NCBI RefSeq assembly: GCF_008000775.2
Contig: NZ_CP042905.2
Coordinates: 90,001-122,000 of the forward strand
Origin: Promethearchaeum syntrophicum
Lineage (GTDB): Archaea; Asgardarchaeota; Lokiarchaeia; Sigyniarchaeales; Promethearchaeaceae
Reading direction: 5' to 3'
Length of the DNA: 32,000 nucleotides
Shown here: positions 9,438 through 19,299 of the stretch, piece after piece
Position numbering within the stretch: position 1 is the first letter of the stretch
Layout: each line of letters begins with the position of its first letter
The notes under the pieces: model-generated
The model's input: the letters and a program-made list of their open reading frames with translations, nothing else
Databases searched by the model: none
Told to the model about the DNA's origin: nothing
Position numbers and translations under genes: made by a program

Positions 9438-10625
9438 ATGGGTCAAAAAGAAGAAATTTATCGCTGGATGAACTTTAAACCTTGTACAATTAAAGAAATT
9501 CATCAAAAATTTTCTCAGTATTCGGAAGCGCATGTCACGCAATTAGTAACACGTTTGGTTCAAGAAGGAAAGCTTAAAAAAGTCGATAATAACGGGAAAA
9601 AAGCACAATATCAAAAAGATAACAGCGTGAAATATGAATTTTATCCTCCCGATGGAAAATCAGAGGTTTATACTGATTTTCATATTGATTCTCAAGCGAT
9701 TACTATGGCCGGCCAGATGTTAGAGAGACAAATATATAAGTTTTTTTCAAAAAAGAAAATGAAATCATGTTATCTTGGTCAAATCAGTGTATTTAGACAA
9801 TTTGGAGAAGAAACTGAAATTGAACAGATTGAGTACAAGGCTTTAGAAATTATCAAATCCCTTTTTGAAGTATCGAAAATGCCTGCAATATCTCTACTTG
9901 TTGAAGAAACAAACGATAGTTCTTTAGATGATTATTATTTTACAAAATTTAGTAATATTTTCTGGTGTAAACAAGGTGCAAACTTTTATCTGACTCGGTT
10001 TGTTCCTAGCATATCATTAGCAACAAATAAAATAGGTTTAGGACCTTTATCTTATGAAGAAGAAAGTAAATCAAAATTTGAGTTTTATACTCCTGAAGAA
10101 TTGAAAAAATATCGAAAAGAAAAAGATGAATTTGAAGAAAAACTAAAAAATTCAAAACCGTCTGAACTGTTATTTAATATTTTTCATTCAGAAATTACCC
10201 CAGAATATCAAAAACATTATAAAATTTTAAGAGATGGAGAATATTGGTATTTTTCCCCATTTAAAGGATTGAAAATTATTGGAAAAGAGATTAGAGTCAT
10301 AGGATATAATCCTAATGATGCAGCATTGTCACGAAGGTATGAAGCAATTTTCTTTGATATTTTCAAATTAGAAAAAATTCCCGGAGATAACTTATTACGA
10401 ATCATTAAGGATCATAAATATCATAAAATCTATGCATTTTATAGTTCCCTTCTAACAGATTTTATTTGGAAAGGATTTCAAATTTCTCCAAAAGAACTGG
10501 ATGAAATGCAAGAAAATAAGAATTATCTCAATTTAATTCTTAAGAAGTACTCCTTACCCGATTACTCGACCATCACAATTGATATAGAACAATATGAGAA
10601 ATGCACTCAATGGGAAGATTACTGA
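9438..10625 (+). CDS. wHTH-domain protein with a large unassigned C-terminal region
   Basis: N-terminus EEIYRWMNFKPCTIKEIHQKFSQYSEAHVTQLVTRLVQEGKLKKVDNNGKKAQYQKD is a typical winged helix; the rest is unrecognised. Confidence 0.65.
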   Translation: MGQKEEIYRWMNFKPCTIKEIHQKFSQYSEAHVTQLVTRLVQEGKLKKVDNNGKKAQYQKDNSVKYEFYPPDGKSEVYTDFHIDSQAITMAGQMLERQIYKFFSKKKMKSCYLGQISVFRQFGEETEIEQIEYKALEIIKSLFEVSKMPAISLLVEETNDSSLDDYYFTKFSNIFWCKQGANFYLTRFVPSISLATNKIGLGPLSYEEESKSKFEFYTPEELKKYRKEKDEFEEKLKNSKPSELLFNIFHSEITPEYQKHYKILRDGEYWYFSPFKGLKIIGKEIRVIGYNPNDAALSRRYEAIFFDIFKLEKIPGDNLLRIIKDHKYHKIYAFYSSLLTDFIWKGFQISPKELDEMQENKNYLNLILKKYSLPDYSTITIDIEQYEKCTQWEDY

Positions 10626-10678
10626 AGTCATTGAATTGGGTAATTATGAGACACTATTAACTGAAAAGAATCCAGAAT

Positions 10679-12019
10679 CTATGGTTTAAGTTTTTTTTTA
10701 TGGTTTTTCTTAGGTTTCTTTTTTGATCTCTTTTTCTTCTTCTTCTGTTTATTATATGATTTTTTCTTTGATCTTTTTACTTTTATATCTTGAAGAATGT
10801 ATTTTATATGATCAATGATAGCATTTAGTTTAAGAATCTCCTGATCCGAGAATTTAGAAGATGATTTAGGATCATTTAGTAATAGAATCAATTTACTTAA
10901 AATCAATAGTGTGGACATATCGATCACAGGGAGGTTGAAGGATTTAAGGGCTTTAATTTGGTGAAATTTATAACCTTCACTGCCTGTAGATTGACGATAA
11001 TGCCCGAATGTAAAACGGTCTTGATCAAAACGTGCAGAGTTTATACTTTTATGCTTATATCTTTGGTTAATTTGGCTGTTAAGGAGGTTTAATCTAAATT
11101 GAACTCCATCATATTTCAAAAAAATAATTAATGGAGATTTATTTTCTTTTACCAAATCATGTAATTTTTTTGTCGGAAACATCTTATTGGATAAGTTATT
11201 TGATTTTAAGACTAATTGTCCTATTGGTAATGGTCCAAGAAGAAGTAATTTCTCAATGATTATATTCCGATTTTTCTGGTTTATTTTTGTATTTGATGCT
11301 AATAGATTCAATAATTCAACTTCTATTTCCGCAAAGTCTATCATTGTTTTATCGATTTGGGAAAGTTTTATATAATTTGTGGGTAATTTAGTTGCCAACT
11401 TTGGTATCCCATTAGTTTGGACAAATTCAAAAAATTCATTAAATCTAGAAAATTCAATCCTTTCTAATTGATACTGTATAATTTTATTTTTATAATTGTT
11501 TGTGAATTGTTTTTTATTGGATCCGACTATTCCTTTAGCTGGTAAAGAAAGAATTTGCTTTAATCTATTCAATCTTACATAGGTTTTCCTAATAGGATTG
11601 TATTGAGATTGTAGGCGATGTTTCATCTCAAGCATTTCAATATGATCAGTATATATTAGTAAAAAATCATATTCACTAAGCATAAATCCTGAACGATTCA
11701 CTACAATCTCACCTTTTTTTCCTCGAGTTAATCCTTCTTGAGCGCGAGGTTCCTTTTGAATCTCTTGAGGGCAAGAATAACCTTTACATTCTGGGATCTT
11801 TGTATTAATTTGGCTTAAAATCCAATTTGAATAAGCTTCAAAATAATAACCCCGTAAACTTCCCTTAATAAGTTGTATTGGGATATTTTTTGGTTGGTTT
11901 TTTGTTCTTTGGATTATAATCTTATTATATAATTGAATAGAAGAAAAATCCAAGTTGGCTTCAAATTCATCAATTAACGTTTGAAGAATATTCTCTTTAT
12001 GATTCATATTATTAGTCAT
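10679..12019 (-). CDS. PD-(D/E)XK nuclease-like protein with Lys-rich C-terminal tail
   Basis: LRGYYFEAYSNWIL...LSEYDFLLIYTDHIEMLEMKHRLQ gives D-x12-ExK. Tail KRSKKKSYNKQKKKKKRSKKKPKKNHKKKLKP. The ORF track starts at 12208, but the ATG at 12019 has Shine-Dalgarno GGTGAT at ideal spacing and precedes the folded region. Confidence 0.65.
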   Translation of the reverse strand: MTNNMNHKENILQTLIDEFEANLDFSSIQLYNKIIIQRTKNQPKNIPIQLIKGSLRGYYFEAYSNWILSQINTKIPECKGYSCPQEIQKEPRAQEGLTRGKKGEIVVNRSGFMLSEYDFLLIYTDHIEMLEMKHRLQSQYNPIRKTYVRLNRLKQILSLPAKGIVGSNKKQFTNNYKNKIIQYQLERIEFSRFNEFFEFVQTNGIPKLATKLPTNYIKLSQIDKTMIDFAEIEVELLNLLASNTKINQKNRNIIIEKLLLLGPLPIGQLVLKSNNLSNKMFPTKKLHDLVKENKSPLIIFLKYDGVQFRLNLLNSQINQRYKHKSINSARFDQDRFTFGHYRQSTGSEGYKFHQIKALKSFNLPVIDMSTLLILSKLILLLNDPKSSSKFSDQEILKLNAIIDHIKYILQDIKVKRSKKKSYNKQKKKKKRSKKKPKKNHKKKLKP

Positions 12020-12382
12020 TTTATCACCGATTTTGTAGTATTTCATAAAAATATTAAGCCATATCTGACCGTACCCACTAAAATCAAGAGGATTGGCAAT
12101 GGATGATAGAGGGATCCCGTTTAGGATTACCTTATTCCCGTCTACCTCAGACATGTGTTGCTCGGTGATAATGGAAATACAATTCTGAAATATTACTGCA
12201 ATAGACACAATTCAATTATTTAAGTTTTTGTAATATTATAAGCAAAAATGATTTGAGGTTTCAAAAACGGAGAATTTAATTTACATTTAGAAGCAATCGA
12301 AGAAAGGGAAAGAATATAATTTTTTTTACTAATTCGTCGATCTATATAGAGTTATAAGGGAGAAACGAATAGAATAAAATAT

Positions 12383-12901
12383 ATGCTTGATCGCAAATTA
12401 TATAGGATTATAATTGACACGTTAGGGAAGGCGCATTTTGAGTATTATCCCGACAATTTTTCCAAGCGAATTTTAGTTCAAAAAGTATTATATCTGCTTA
12501 CTCATGGAAAGGCAAATCCAAAATTACATCTAGCTTATAAGTGGAGTTTTTATTTACATGGGCCATATTCTTCCGAAATAGCTCACATGGTATATTATAT
12601 GAATGATTTCTCAGCATCATTGTTAGATGAAACTCAAGATATTCTGGATAAGCAAGAAATCGAAGCAATTAACCATTTTAAGGAATTTGATAAGGAAACT
12701 ACCCCTTTTCTTGATAAACTCTCGAAAGAGGATTTATATGAAATGTTTGCAACAATTACATACATATCTGAGCAAGTTGACTATAATAAAACAAGTATCG
12801 AACAGAAATTTGGAATTTTTAAACCAGAGCTTAGAGAGAAAATTAATATGGAAGATTTTGATGCGATATTAGAAACAATGACAGAGTTCAATTATATATA
12901 A
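12383..12901 (+). CDS. YwgA-like protein (SocA/Panacea-like fold suspected)
   Basis: KRILVQKVLYLLTHG...YKWSFYLHGPYSSEIAHMVYYM is the characteristic KxxYLL...F.LYGPYS pattern of YwgA-like proteins; it directly precedes a YwfO-like HD hydrolase. Confidence 0.6.
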   Translation: MLDRKLYRIIIDTLGKAHFEYYPDNFSKRILVQKVLYLLTHGKANPKLHLAYKWSFYLHGPYSSEIAHMVYYMNDFSASLLDETQDILDKQEIEAINHFKEFDKETTPFLDKLSKEDLYEMFATITYISEQVDYNKTSIEQKFGIFKPELREKINMEDFDAILETMTEFNYI

Positions 12902-12991
12902 AAATGATAATAATTGAAAGAATTTCGAATTAGGAAGAAATACAATACATGTTATTTATTTAAAGTAAGAAAATTCGGTATATTATTAAAA

Positions 12992-14398
12992 ATGAGAACT
13001 TTAACAGGGCTACAAGCAAAAAAGTACATTCTTGATCCAATTCATAAAGTTATTTCATTAACGCAGATAGAACTTGATATAATTTCAACTCCTTTATTTC
13101 AAAGATTGCGAAAAATTACTCAATTGGGTGTAGCATCATTGGTGTATCCTGGTGCAACTCATAACAGATTTCAACACTGTCTTGGTACTTTACATGTTAC
13201 GGATAAACTATTATATTCGCTTGAGCTTCAAAAAGAATACGAATTATCTGATAAAGATCATAAACGAATAGTTCAATTTATGCGCCTTGCAGCGTTACTC
13301 CATGATTGTGGACATTTACCTTTTTCCCATACATTTGAAAATTTATATGAGAATTTTACTCATGAAGATATTGGAAAGCATGTAATAGAAAAAAGTTCGA
13401 TTGGAGAGATATTAATAAAACATGGTTTTAATCCAAACGACTTAGGTTTGTTTATAACAGGGCAACCTCCAGTTAAAGATAAGAATTTCAATATATTAAC
13501 ACACTTGTTACCACTTTTACATTCTGAAGCAGATGCTGATCGAATGGATTATCTTTTACGAGATGCATATTTTACGGGTGTTCCTTATGGGAAAATTGAT
13601 ATCGATAGGATATGCAATTTTGTAACTTTACATGAAAAAAGAATATGTTTTTCAGAAAAAGCCCAAGATGCGCTTGAAGATTTTTTATATTCGAGATATC
13701 AGATGTATAAAATAGTCTATATTCATAAAACATCACTTTGTTATGATTTAATTCTTCATAAAATCTATGAAAATTATTTAAAAAAGTCAAAAATCAAATT
13801 CTTTGACTCTTTCAAACTCCCTACAAAGAAAGAATTTGAAAAAAAGAATAAAGAATGGTATGAAACAGATTTCTACGAGTTATCAGAAGCCTCCTTCTAT
13901 GAAACTATTCAATACCTTTTAAAATCTAAAGGAAAAAGTCTTACCGATACAGAGAAAGTAGAGCTAAAATATTTATATAATACGATTAAGAAGCGAAAAC
14001 CGATTAAAAATTGTTATAATCATGATTTATTAGCAACAGTCCCAGAAGATATTAAGAAAAAAGGGGAAATATGTGAAAAAGAAAATCAACTTTTTGAAAA
14101 TTTACAGAAAAAATCGAAGATTACTAATCATTGGTCATTTCTACGACATGATCCAGGAAAACCCATAAGAATTTCTCCCCCAATTAATCAAATAATTGAT
14201 GATGATCAAGATTCAAAATCAATTCGGATTTTAAAGGATATTAATGGTAAAAAGGAAATTGTTTTACTCCAAAAAAAACAGAATTCTTTCATCAAAAATT
14301 TAGCCACTCATCATAGGGTTCTTATCAGTTATTATCATAATGACAAAAAAGCCCAAGAAGAAATTCAAAAACAAGCATGCGAAATGTTTGGGTCATAA
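12992..14398 (+). CDS. HD-superfamily phosphohydrolase (YwfO/SAMHD1-like, dNTPase-related)
   Basis: DPIHKVISLTQIELDIISTPLFQRLRKITQLGVASLVYPGATHNRFQHCLGTLHV...ALLHDCGHLPFSHTFE...HSEADADRMDYLLRDAYFTGVPYG. The track ORF starts at TTG 12914; the ATG at 12992 matches the family start better. Confidence 0.85.
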   Translation: MRTLTGLQAKKYILDPIHKVISLTQIELDIISTPLFQRLRKITQLGVASLVYPGATHNRFQHCLGTLHVTDKLLYSLELQKEYELSDKDHKRIVQFMRLAALLHDCGHLPFSHTFENLYENFTHEDIGKHVIEKSSIGEILIKHGFNPNDLGLFITGQPPVKDKNFNILTHLLPLLHSEADADRMDYLLRDAYFTGVPYGKIDIDRICNFVTLHEKRICFSEKAQDALEDFLYSRYQMYKIVYIHKTSLCYDLILHKIYENYLKKSKIKFFDSFKLPTKKEFEKKNKEWYETDFYELSEASFYETIQYLLKSKGKSLTDTEKVELKYLYNTIKKRKPIKNCYNHDLLATVPEDIKKKGEICEKENQLFENLQKKSKITNHWSFLRHDPGKPIRISPPINQIIDDDQDSKSIRILKDINGKKEIVLLQKKQNSFIKNLATHHRVLISYYHNDKKAQEEIQKQACEMFGS

Positions 14399-14452
14399 AA
14401 TTAAATGTGTAATCAAAAATCCTTTAAAAAAGCAAATTACATGTTTAACACT

Positions 14453-15577
14453 TTAATACTCCTTATGACTCATTTTTTTCAGATTTTCTTTCCAAAGCGG
14501 TTTTTCTTTCTTGATAAAGTATCCTATATCCACCATAACCAGAAGGATTAGAATACAAATAATGCTCCAGAGAAGGATATTAGATATTTCTTCTTTTGGA
14601 CTCAAAGGATCGATAATCACTAAACCATCATGAAAATCTAATATGTATACATATGACCCCGAAACAAAAACTCCAACTACATGTCCATCATCATAGAATT
14701 GTCCCACTTTCACCGGAGCGACTGGGTCTGAAATGTCAATAACCTCTAAACCTCTAAGACGCTCCGCCACGTATGCATATGACCCCGAAACATAAACTTC
14801 TACCGCACATCCACCATCATCGAATTGTCCCACTTTTGCAGGTGCGGTCGGGTCTGAAATATCAATAATCTTTAAACCATCGCAACTACCACCCACCACG
14901 TACGCATATGACCCCGAAACAAAAACATCCTCCGCAAGTCTACCATCATTAAATTGTCCCACTTCCACTGGAGTAGTCGGGTCTGAAATGTCAATAATCC
15001 TTAAACCACCGGAACCTTCCACTACGTACAAATATGAACCTGAAACATAATATTCTAATAAACAACCCCATTCAGATGTGCAATAAGTAAATAGACCTAC
15101 TTTTATGGGAGCTGCTGGGTCTGAAATATCAATAATCTCTAATCCATCATCACTATCTTCCACGTATGCATAGGACTCCGAAACAAAAACATCGACCGCA
15201 TATCCACCATCATCCAATTGTCCCACTTTAGTGGGGGTGGTCGGGTCTGAAATATCAATAATCCTTAACCCATGCCCACCATCTGCCACATAAGCATACG
15301 ATCCCGAAACAAATACTTCGTATGCCGTTCCAGCATCATCGAATTGTCCCACTTGTGTGGGGGCGATCGGGTTTGAAATGTCAAAAATCTTTAACCCATC
15401 ATCACCAGCTGCTACGTATAAATATTCCCCCGATATATAAATATCATCTTCATTTTCAATATTATCGAATTTTACGATAATGCTAAAATTATGACTAAGA
15501 AGCATACTTGCTCCGATAATAAGTGCAACTAACCCCGCGAATATTACAGCCAATAACTGATTTTTCTTGAACTTCAT
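14453..15577 (-). CDS. LVIVD-repeat beta-propeller protein with N-terminal signal/TM and C-terminal TM helix
   Basis: At least seven units of 'LRIIDISDPTTPxKVGQFDDGGYAVDVFVSGSYAYVADGDDG', N-terminal LLAVIFAGLVALIIGASMLL, C-terminal LLWSIICILILLVMVDIGYFIKK. Confidence 0.85.
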   Translation of the reverse strand: MKFKKNQLLAVIFAGLVALIIGASMLLSHNFSIIVKFDNIENEDDIYISGEYLYVAAGDDGLKIFDISNPIAPTQVGQFDDAGTAYEVFVSGSYAYVADGGHGLRIIDISDPTTPTKVGQLDDGGYAVDVFVSESYAYVEDSDDGLEIIDISDPAAPIKVGLFTYCTSEWGCLLEYYVSGSYLYVVEGSGGLRIIDISDPTTPVEVGQFNDGRLAEDVFVSGSYAYVVGGSCDGLKIIDISDPTAPAKVGQFDDGGCAVEVYVSGSYAYVAERLRGLEVIDISDPVAPVKVGQFYDDGHVVGVFVSGSYVYILDFHDGLVIIDPLSPKEEISNILLWSIICILILLVMVDIGYFIKKEKPLWKENLKKMSHKEY

Positions 15578-15913
15578 TTATAGATACCTCTTGTTATTAT
15601 GCTCAGAGTGAGAATTGCAGTAGTGATGAATATGAATTTGCAGGTTTTTAGTTTTGTATATATTTTTTAATTTTATCTCCTTTGAATTTTGAATATCACA
15701 TTTTGACATATCAATATTCTATCCATATAGAATGAATATTTAACATTTTTGTTTTTGCAACAACTATAAATTTTCCGAATTCTATGGGAAGATAAGATAT
15801 ATTTAGTGTGATAAATTGTTCGCTAAATTATTTAAAATAAATAAAGAGCAAAAGATCTGAGAGTATGCGGTGGTTAGGATTAAGTGGCTAGGGTAAGGTG
15901 TTAGGATATAAAA

Positions 15914-16040
15914 GATATCACATGAACAGAACAGAAGTGAAGAAATGGTAGGTTTGATATAGGTATAGGGAGGGATAGTAAAATGATATTGAAGTAATGT
16001 TGGTACGGTTTGCAGGGCAAGGCTTTGTCGTAGGCTTTTT
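15914..16040 (+). repeat. Dispersed ~125-nt intergenic repeat, copy 2 of 4
   Basis: GATATCACATGAACAGAACAGAAGTGAAGAAATGGTAGGTTTGATATAGG...AAATGATATTGAAGTAATGTTGGTACGGTTTGCAGGGCAAGGCTTTGTCGTAGGCTTTTT. Confidence 0.9.
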
Positions 16041-16387
16041 CCTTTTTATTCCCGAATTTTTATTGATTATTATTTTTCAAGTTAAGGGTGTTTTAGAGTC
16101 TGGATATGTAATATACATGGGTCAATTACTCGTATCAGTTTTTCGTATAATATCTGGAGAAGATTGTTATGATCTCCTACCCATATCAACATTAATATTG
16201 TATTTTAAATGGATGATTTAGTAATTTCCTTAGTTTTAAACGTTGCAGAAAGTGCTTCCAAGTCTGAATTTATAACCCATTTCTGTAAAAATAGGCTATT
16301 CCATTTAAAATGCTAGAATTCAAATATAATAATTATACCATTAAATCACCAATTATCAAAAAAAGGCGGAAAAAATCAATTTTCTAA

Positions 16388-17239
16388 TTATGTTCGTTTG
16401 ATTACTGCAATTTTTTTTATTAAGCGTTGTTTTGTTTTTTGTAACGATTTCAACATATCTCGATACATAATATAATCTTCTTCTATTTCTTTAACCTTCC
16501 TTTTGAGTAGTCTAATATTTCTGCTGATATTACTTTTTTCTTTTGTATCTTGAGATAATTTTCTTTCTTCTTCTTTATCATTAATTGTTTCTTTAGTTTC
16601 TGAGATTCTTTTTATGCAATGGTCTTGTTTATCTGGCATTCTCCTACTTAATACATCTATCCTTTCGTTGATATACTCAAGTAATTCTGGGTTTTTTGAT
16701 TTTTTTGTTATAATTCGAAATCCTTTTGGTTCCTCACGAGACGACATTCGTTTAACGATCTCCAAAATTGATTTCGATCTATTCGGTTCTTTTTCTCTCA
16801 TAAATAATTTTCTCTCTAATTTCTTATCTAATCGTTTTTCTCCCTCGTGAAGGAAATTTGTAAGCATCAGGAACGGAGATATAATAATATATATGGGGAT
16901 AAAAAATGGAAATTTTATAGAAGAATTCCACAATTGCAAATAAGGATAAATAAAGATATTAGAATTATCTATTCTCCATTGGCTTATTTTATATTGATAA
17001 GCTTTATGCATGTAATTGTTGTAACATTGAATCGGATAATGAAAAACAAAAGTAAAGAGCTTATACAACAAATATATAAGAATGAATAGGATAATCCCTG
17101 GGAGATAAAACGGCAAGAATAATATAAATTTGACTACAGATAAATGCTTGAAGAATTCTTTTAATTTGGCGAAAATTGGAATGGCTTCATAGCTAGTAAC
17201 TTTTTTTCTTACCCGGTTCTCGGACATAATAATTATCAT
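16388..17239 (-). CDS. Membrane protein with hydrophobic N-terminal half and C-terminal coiled coil
   Basis: FILFLPFYLPGIILFILIYLLYKLF and FPFFIPIYIIISPFLML hydrophobic spans, then a charged helical region to IRLLKRKVKEIEEDYIMYRDMLKSLQKTKQRLIKKI. Confidence 0.55.
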   Translation of the reverse strand: MIIIMSENRVRKKVTSYEAIPIFAKLKEFFKHLSVVKFILFLPFYLPGIILFILIYLLYKLFTFVFHYPIQCYNNYMHKAYQYKISQWRIDNSNIFIYPYLQLWNSSIKFPFFIPIYIIISPFLMLTNFLHEGEKRLDKKLERKLFMREKEPNRSKSILEIVKRMSSREEPKGFRIITKKSKNPELLEYINERIDVLSRRMPDKQDHCIKRISETKETINDKEEERKLSQDTKEKSNISRNIRLLKRKVKEIEEDYIMYRDMLKSLQKTKQRLIKKIAVIKRT

Positions 17240-17666
17240 TTAATGGATTATAAAAATTTTTTTGTTGGTTGGAAAAATGGGTTAATAATCATTGGTATGA
17301 TGTTGTTTTTGGAGTTTAAAGCTCCCAGTTCCCCCTCGAAAGTCGCCATCTATGACCGACTTGAGTTGGACAAAGGTTTTTTATCCGAAATTTATAAAAA
17401 TTATGTTTAAAAAACAATTTTCATGAAAAATAAATAAAATCCTTAGTTGTTATCACTTAAATAAGTTAATAATTTTTAATTTACAATAATTGTGCTTTTA
17501 TATTTTATCAAGTTAAACTGAATTTATGCATTATTTCTGATTTTACATTTTTTAAAAACGATTGCATCTTATGAAGCATTTTTTGATTTAACATTTTACA
17601 AGTTCTATATATGAAAAATGAATATCATTATAACTATATTTTTGTCTAATCATAGTGTACGTTCAT

Positions 17667-18170
17667 ATGACTATAAATAAAAAAGAAACTGAAGAATTAG
17701 CATCCAAGAATAAGAAATTTACATTAAAAATTAAATTATTCTGGGAAAATTGTCAGAAAAATTGAATTTGGATAAATCTCGGGGCGATAATCGCTAGTAC
17801 ACCTTTCCTATGGGTGCTATATTACTTCAACATAATTAGTTTGAGGAATGCAATTATCGGGACTATTGTTCCGCCCTTAGGAATCATCCTTATATATAAT
17901 GTAAAAAACATCAAAAACATAAACATTCTTATCTTAATGAATAAAATTATGTTGGTTGGTTGTGTTGGATATGTTATAACTGTAATTATCTGGCTTCCGA
18001 GTGGTTACATCCTTGTTAATGCTTCTTGGGCACCTTTACATAATGTATTGTCACCAAATTTAGAAGTTACCTTTATACTTCTACTTATGGTTGCAATATA
18101 TGGCATTGTCGCGTATATATTGTATAGATTTGGTAAGAAAAGGGAATGGCATATTTCCCCCTATTACTAA
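17667..18170 (+). pseudogene. Small multi-pass membrane protein gene with in-frame TGA at 17763-17765
   Basis: ATG 17667 reads MTINKKETEELASKNKKFTLKIKLFWENCQKN*IWINLGAIIASTPFLWVLYYFN... in the same frame as track ORF 17814-18170; a complete TM helix sits directly after the TGA. Confidence 0.5.
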
Positions 18171-18198
18171 TTTTTTTTTTGAATAAAATATAAAATTA

Positions 18199-18323
18199 TT
18201 GACAGACAGCACATGAACAGAACTAATTTGAAGGTATTGTAGGTTTGGCATAGATAGGTATAGTAGGAAGATATTGAGTAATGTTGGTACGGTTTGTAGG
18301 GCAGGGTGTTGTCGTGGGTTTTA
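18199..18323 (+). repeat. Dispersed ~125-nt intergenic repeat, copy 3 of 4
   Basis: TTGACAGACAGCACATGAACAGAACTAATTTGAAGGTATTGTAGGTTTGGCATAGATAGG...AAGATATTGAGTAATGTTGGTACGGTTTGTAGGGCAGGGTGTTGTCGTGGGTTTT. Confidence 0.9.
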
Positions 18324-18436
18324 AATATTTTTACCGATTTTCGAGTATACTTCATAAAATGGAATTTAATGCTGAATGATATTTTTTATATCTAATAATC
18401 GTTAAATTTTTTAAAAAGAATGATATAAATTATATC

Positions 18437-18769
18437 ATGAGTCAAATAAATTTCCGCATTAATAATGAGGATATGAAAGTCGCCAAGATGATATCAGAGA
18501 GTACGGGGATATCACTGGCAGAAATTGCAAGAAGGGCATTTCTTAAAAAATTACGACCTGAGAGAGTGGAAATTGCCTTTAATTTATTGAAAGAAGGAAA
18601 ATGCGGATTCAAAAAAGCTTGGAAGATTTCAGGTTTGGGATATAATGAATTTCTATCAGAATGGATAAAAAAAGACGCAAAAGAAGTAATCCCGGAAGAA
18701 ATGATCGAAGCGCATTTAAAATGGGCTTTAGATTATGATATAAAGAAATTAATGAAGAATTCCGAATAG
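18437..18769 (+). CDS. Ribbon-helix-helix-like antitoxin (UPF0175-like)
   Basis: Starts INFRINNEDMKVAKMISESTGISLAEIARRAFLKKL (RHH), followed by LLKEGKCGFKKAWKISGLGYNEFLSEW; 28 nt upstream of the PIN-like gene. Confidence 0.7.
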   Translation: MSQINFRINNEDMKVAKMISESTGISLAEIARRAFLKKLRPERVEIAFNLLKEGKCGFKKAWKISGLGYNEFLSEWIKKDAKEVIPEEMIEAHLKWALDYDIKKLMKNSE

Positions 18770-18797
18770 ATTGACCAAATTCATTTGAAGGATTATC

Positions 18798-19289
18798 ATG
18801 TTGCTCTCTTTTGACACTTGCTCTTTTTTACGTATACAGCATATCTTTAATACAATTGATATTGACTTACGTTCAATCTTAAAAGAATTTAGACTTGTTA
18901 TTACCGAGGAATTGCGTAAAGAATATTTAAATTATAAACTAGAAAAATTTTTCGCATTCAATTATATCTTTATACCACTCTCTGCAGAAGAACGGAAAAC
19001 CTATATTTCAAAGTATTTGTTAGAATCTTTCGATTCTGCTGACCAAGATCTAATTATTGTTGGTCTTAGAGACAAATTAACAATTGTTACTGATGATAGG
19101 GATCTTTTCAATCAATGCTCTATATTAAATATTCCAACATTTCAGTTATGGTCATTTTGTATAAGCTTGGTTAAGGATGGACAGTTATCTAAAAATCAAA
19201 TCCATAAATGCTGGAAATTATGGGAAGAAGAGAAAAGATATTCAAAAACAACATTAAAGTTGATAAAAAAAACTCTTGGTTTATTATAA
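18798..19289 (+). CDS. PIN-domain-like toxin/nuclease
   Basis: LLSFDTCSFLR (first Asp), VITEELRKEY, SADQDLIIVGL, LTIVTDDRDLFNQC, matching the acidic pattern of PIN domains and paired with the RHH gene. Confidence 0.7.
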   Translation: MLLSFDTCSFLRIQHIFNTIDIDLRSILKEFRLVITEELRKEYLNYKLEKFFAFNYIFIPLSAEERKTYISKYLLESFDSADQDLIIVGLRDKLTIVTDDRDLFNQCSILNIPTFQLWSFCISLVKDGQLSKNQIHKCWKLWEEEKRYSKTTLKLIKKTLGLL

Positions 19290-19299
19290 ACAACAAAAT

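Noticed and set aside
15997-16221. 74-aa ORF MLVRFAGQGFVVGFF...
   Set aside because: Its start and first residues lie in repeat copy 2; other repeat copies carry frame-breaking indels, so the reading frame is accidental.
17763-17765. TGA as a selenocysteine codon
   Set aside because: No SECIS-like hairpin evident, context is a non-enzymatic membrane protein, and there is no Cys-homologue logic; nonsense mutation is simpler.
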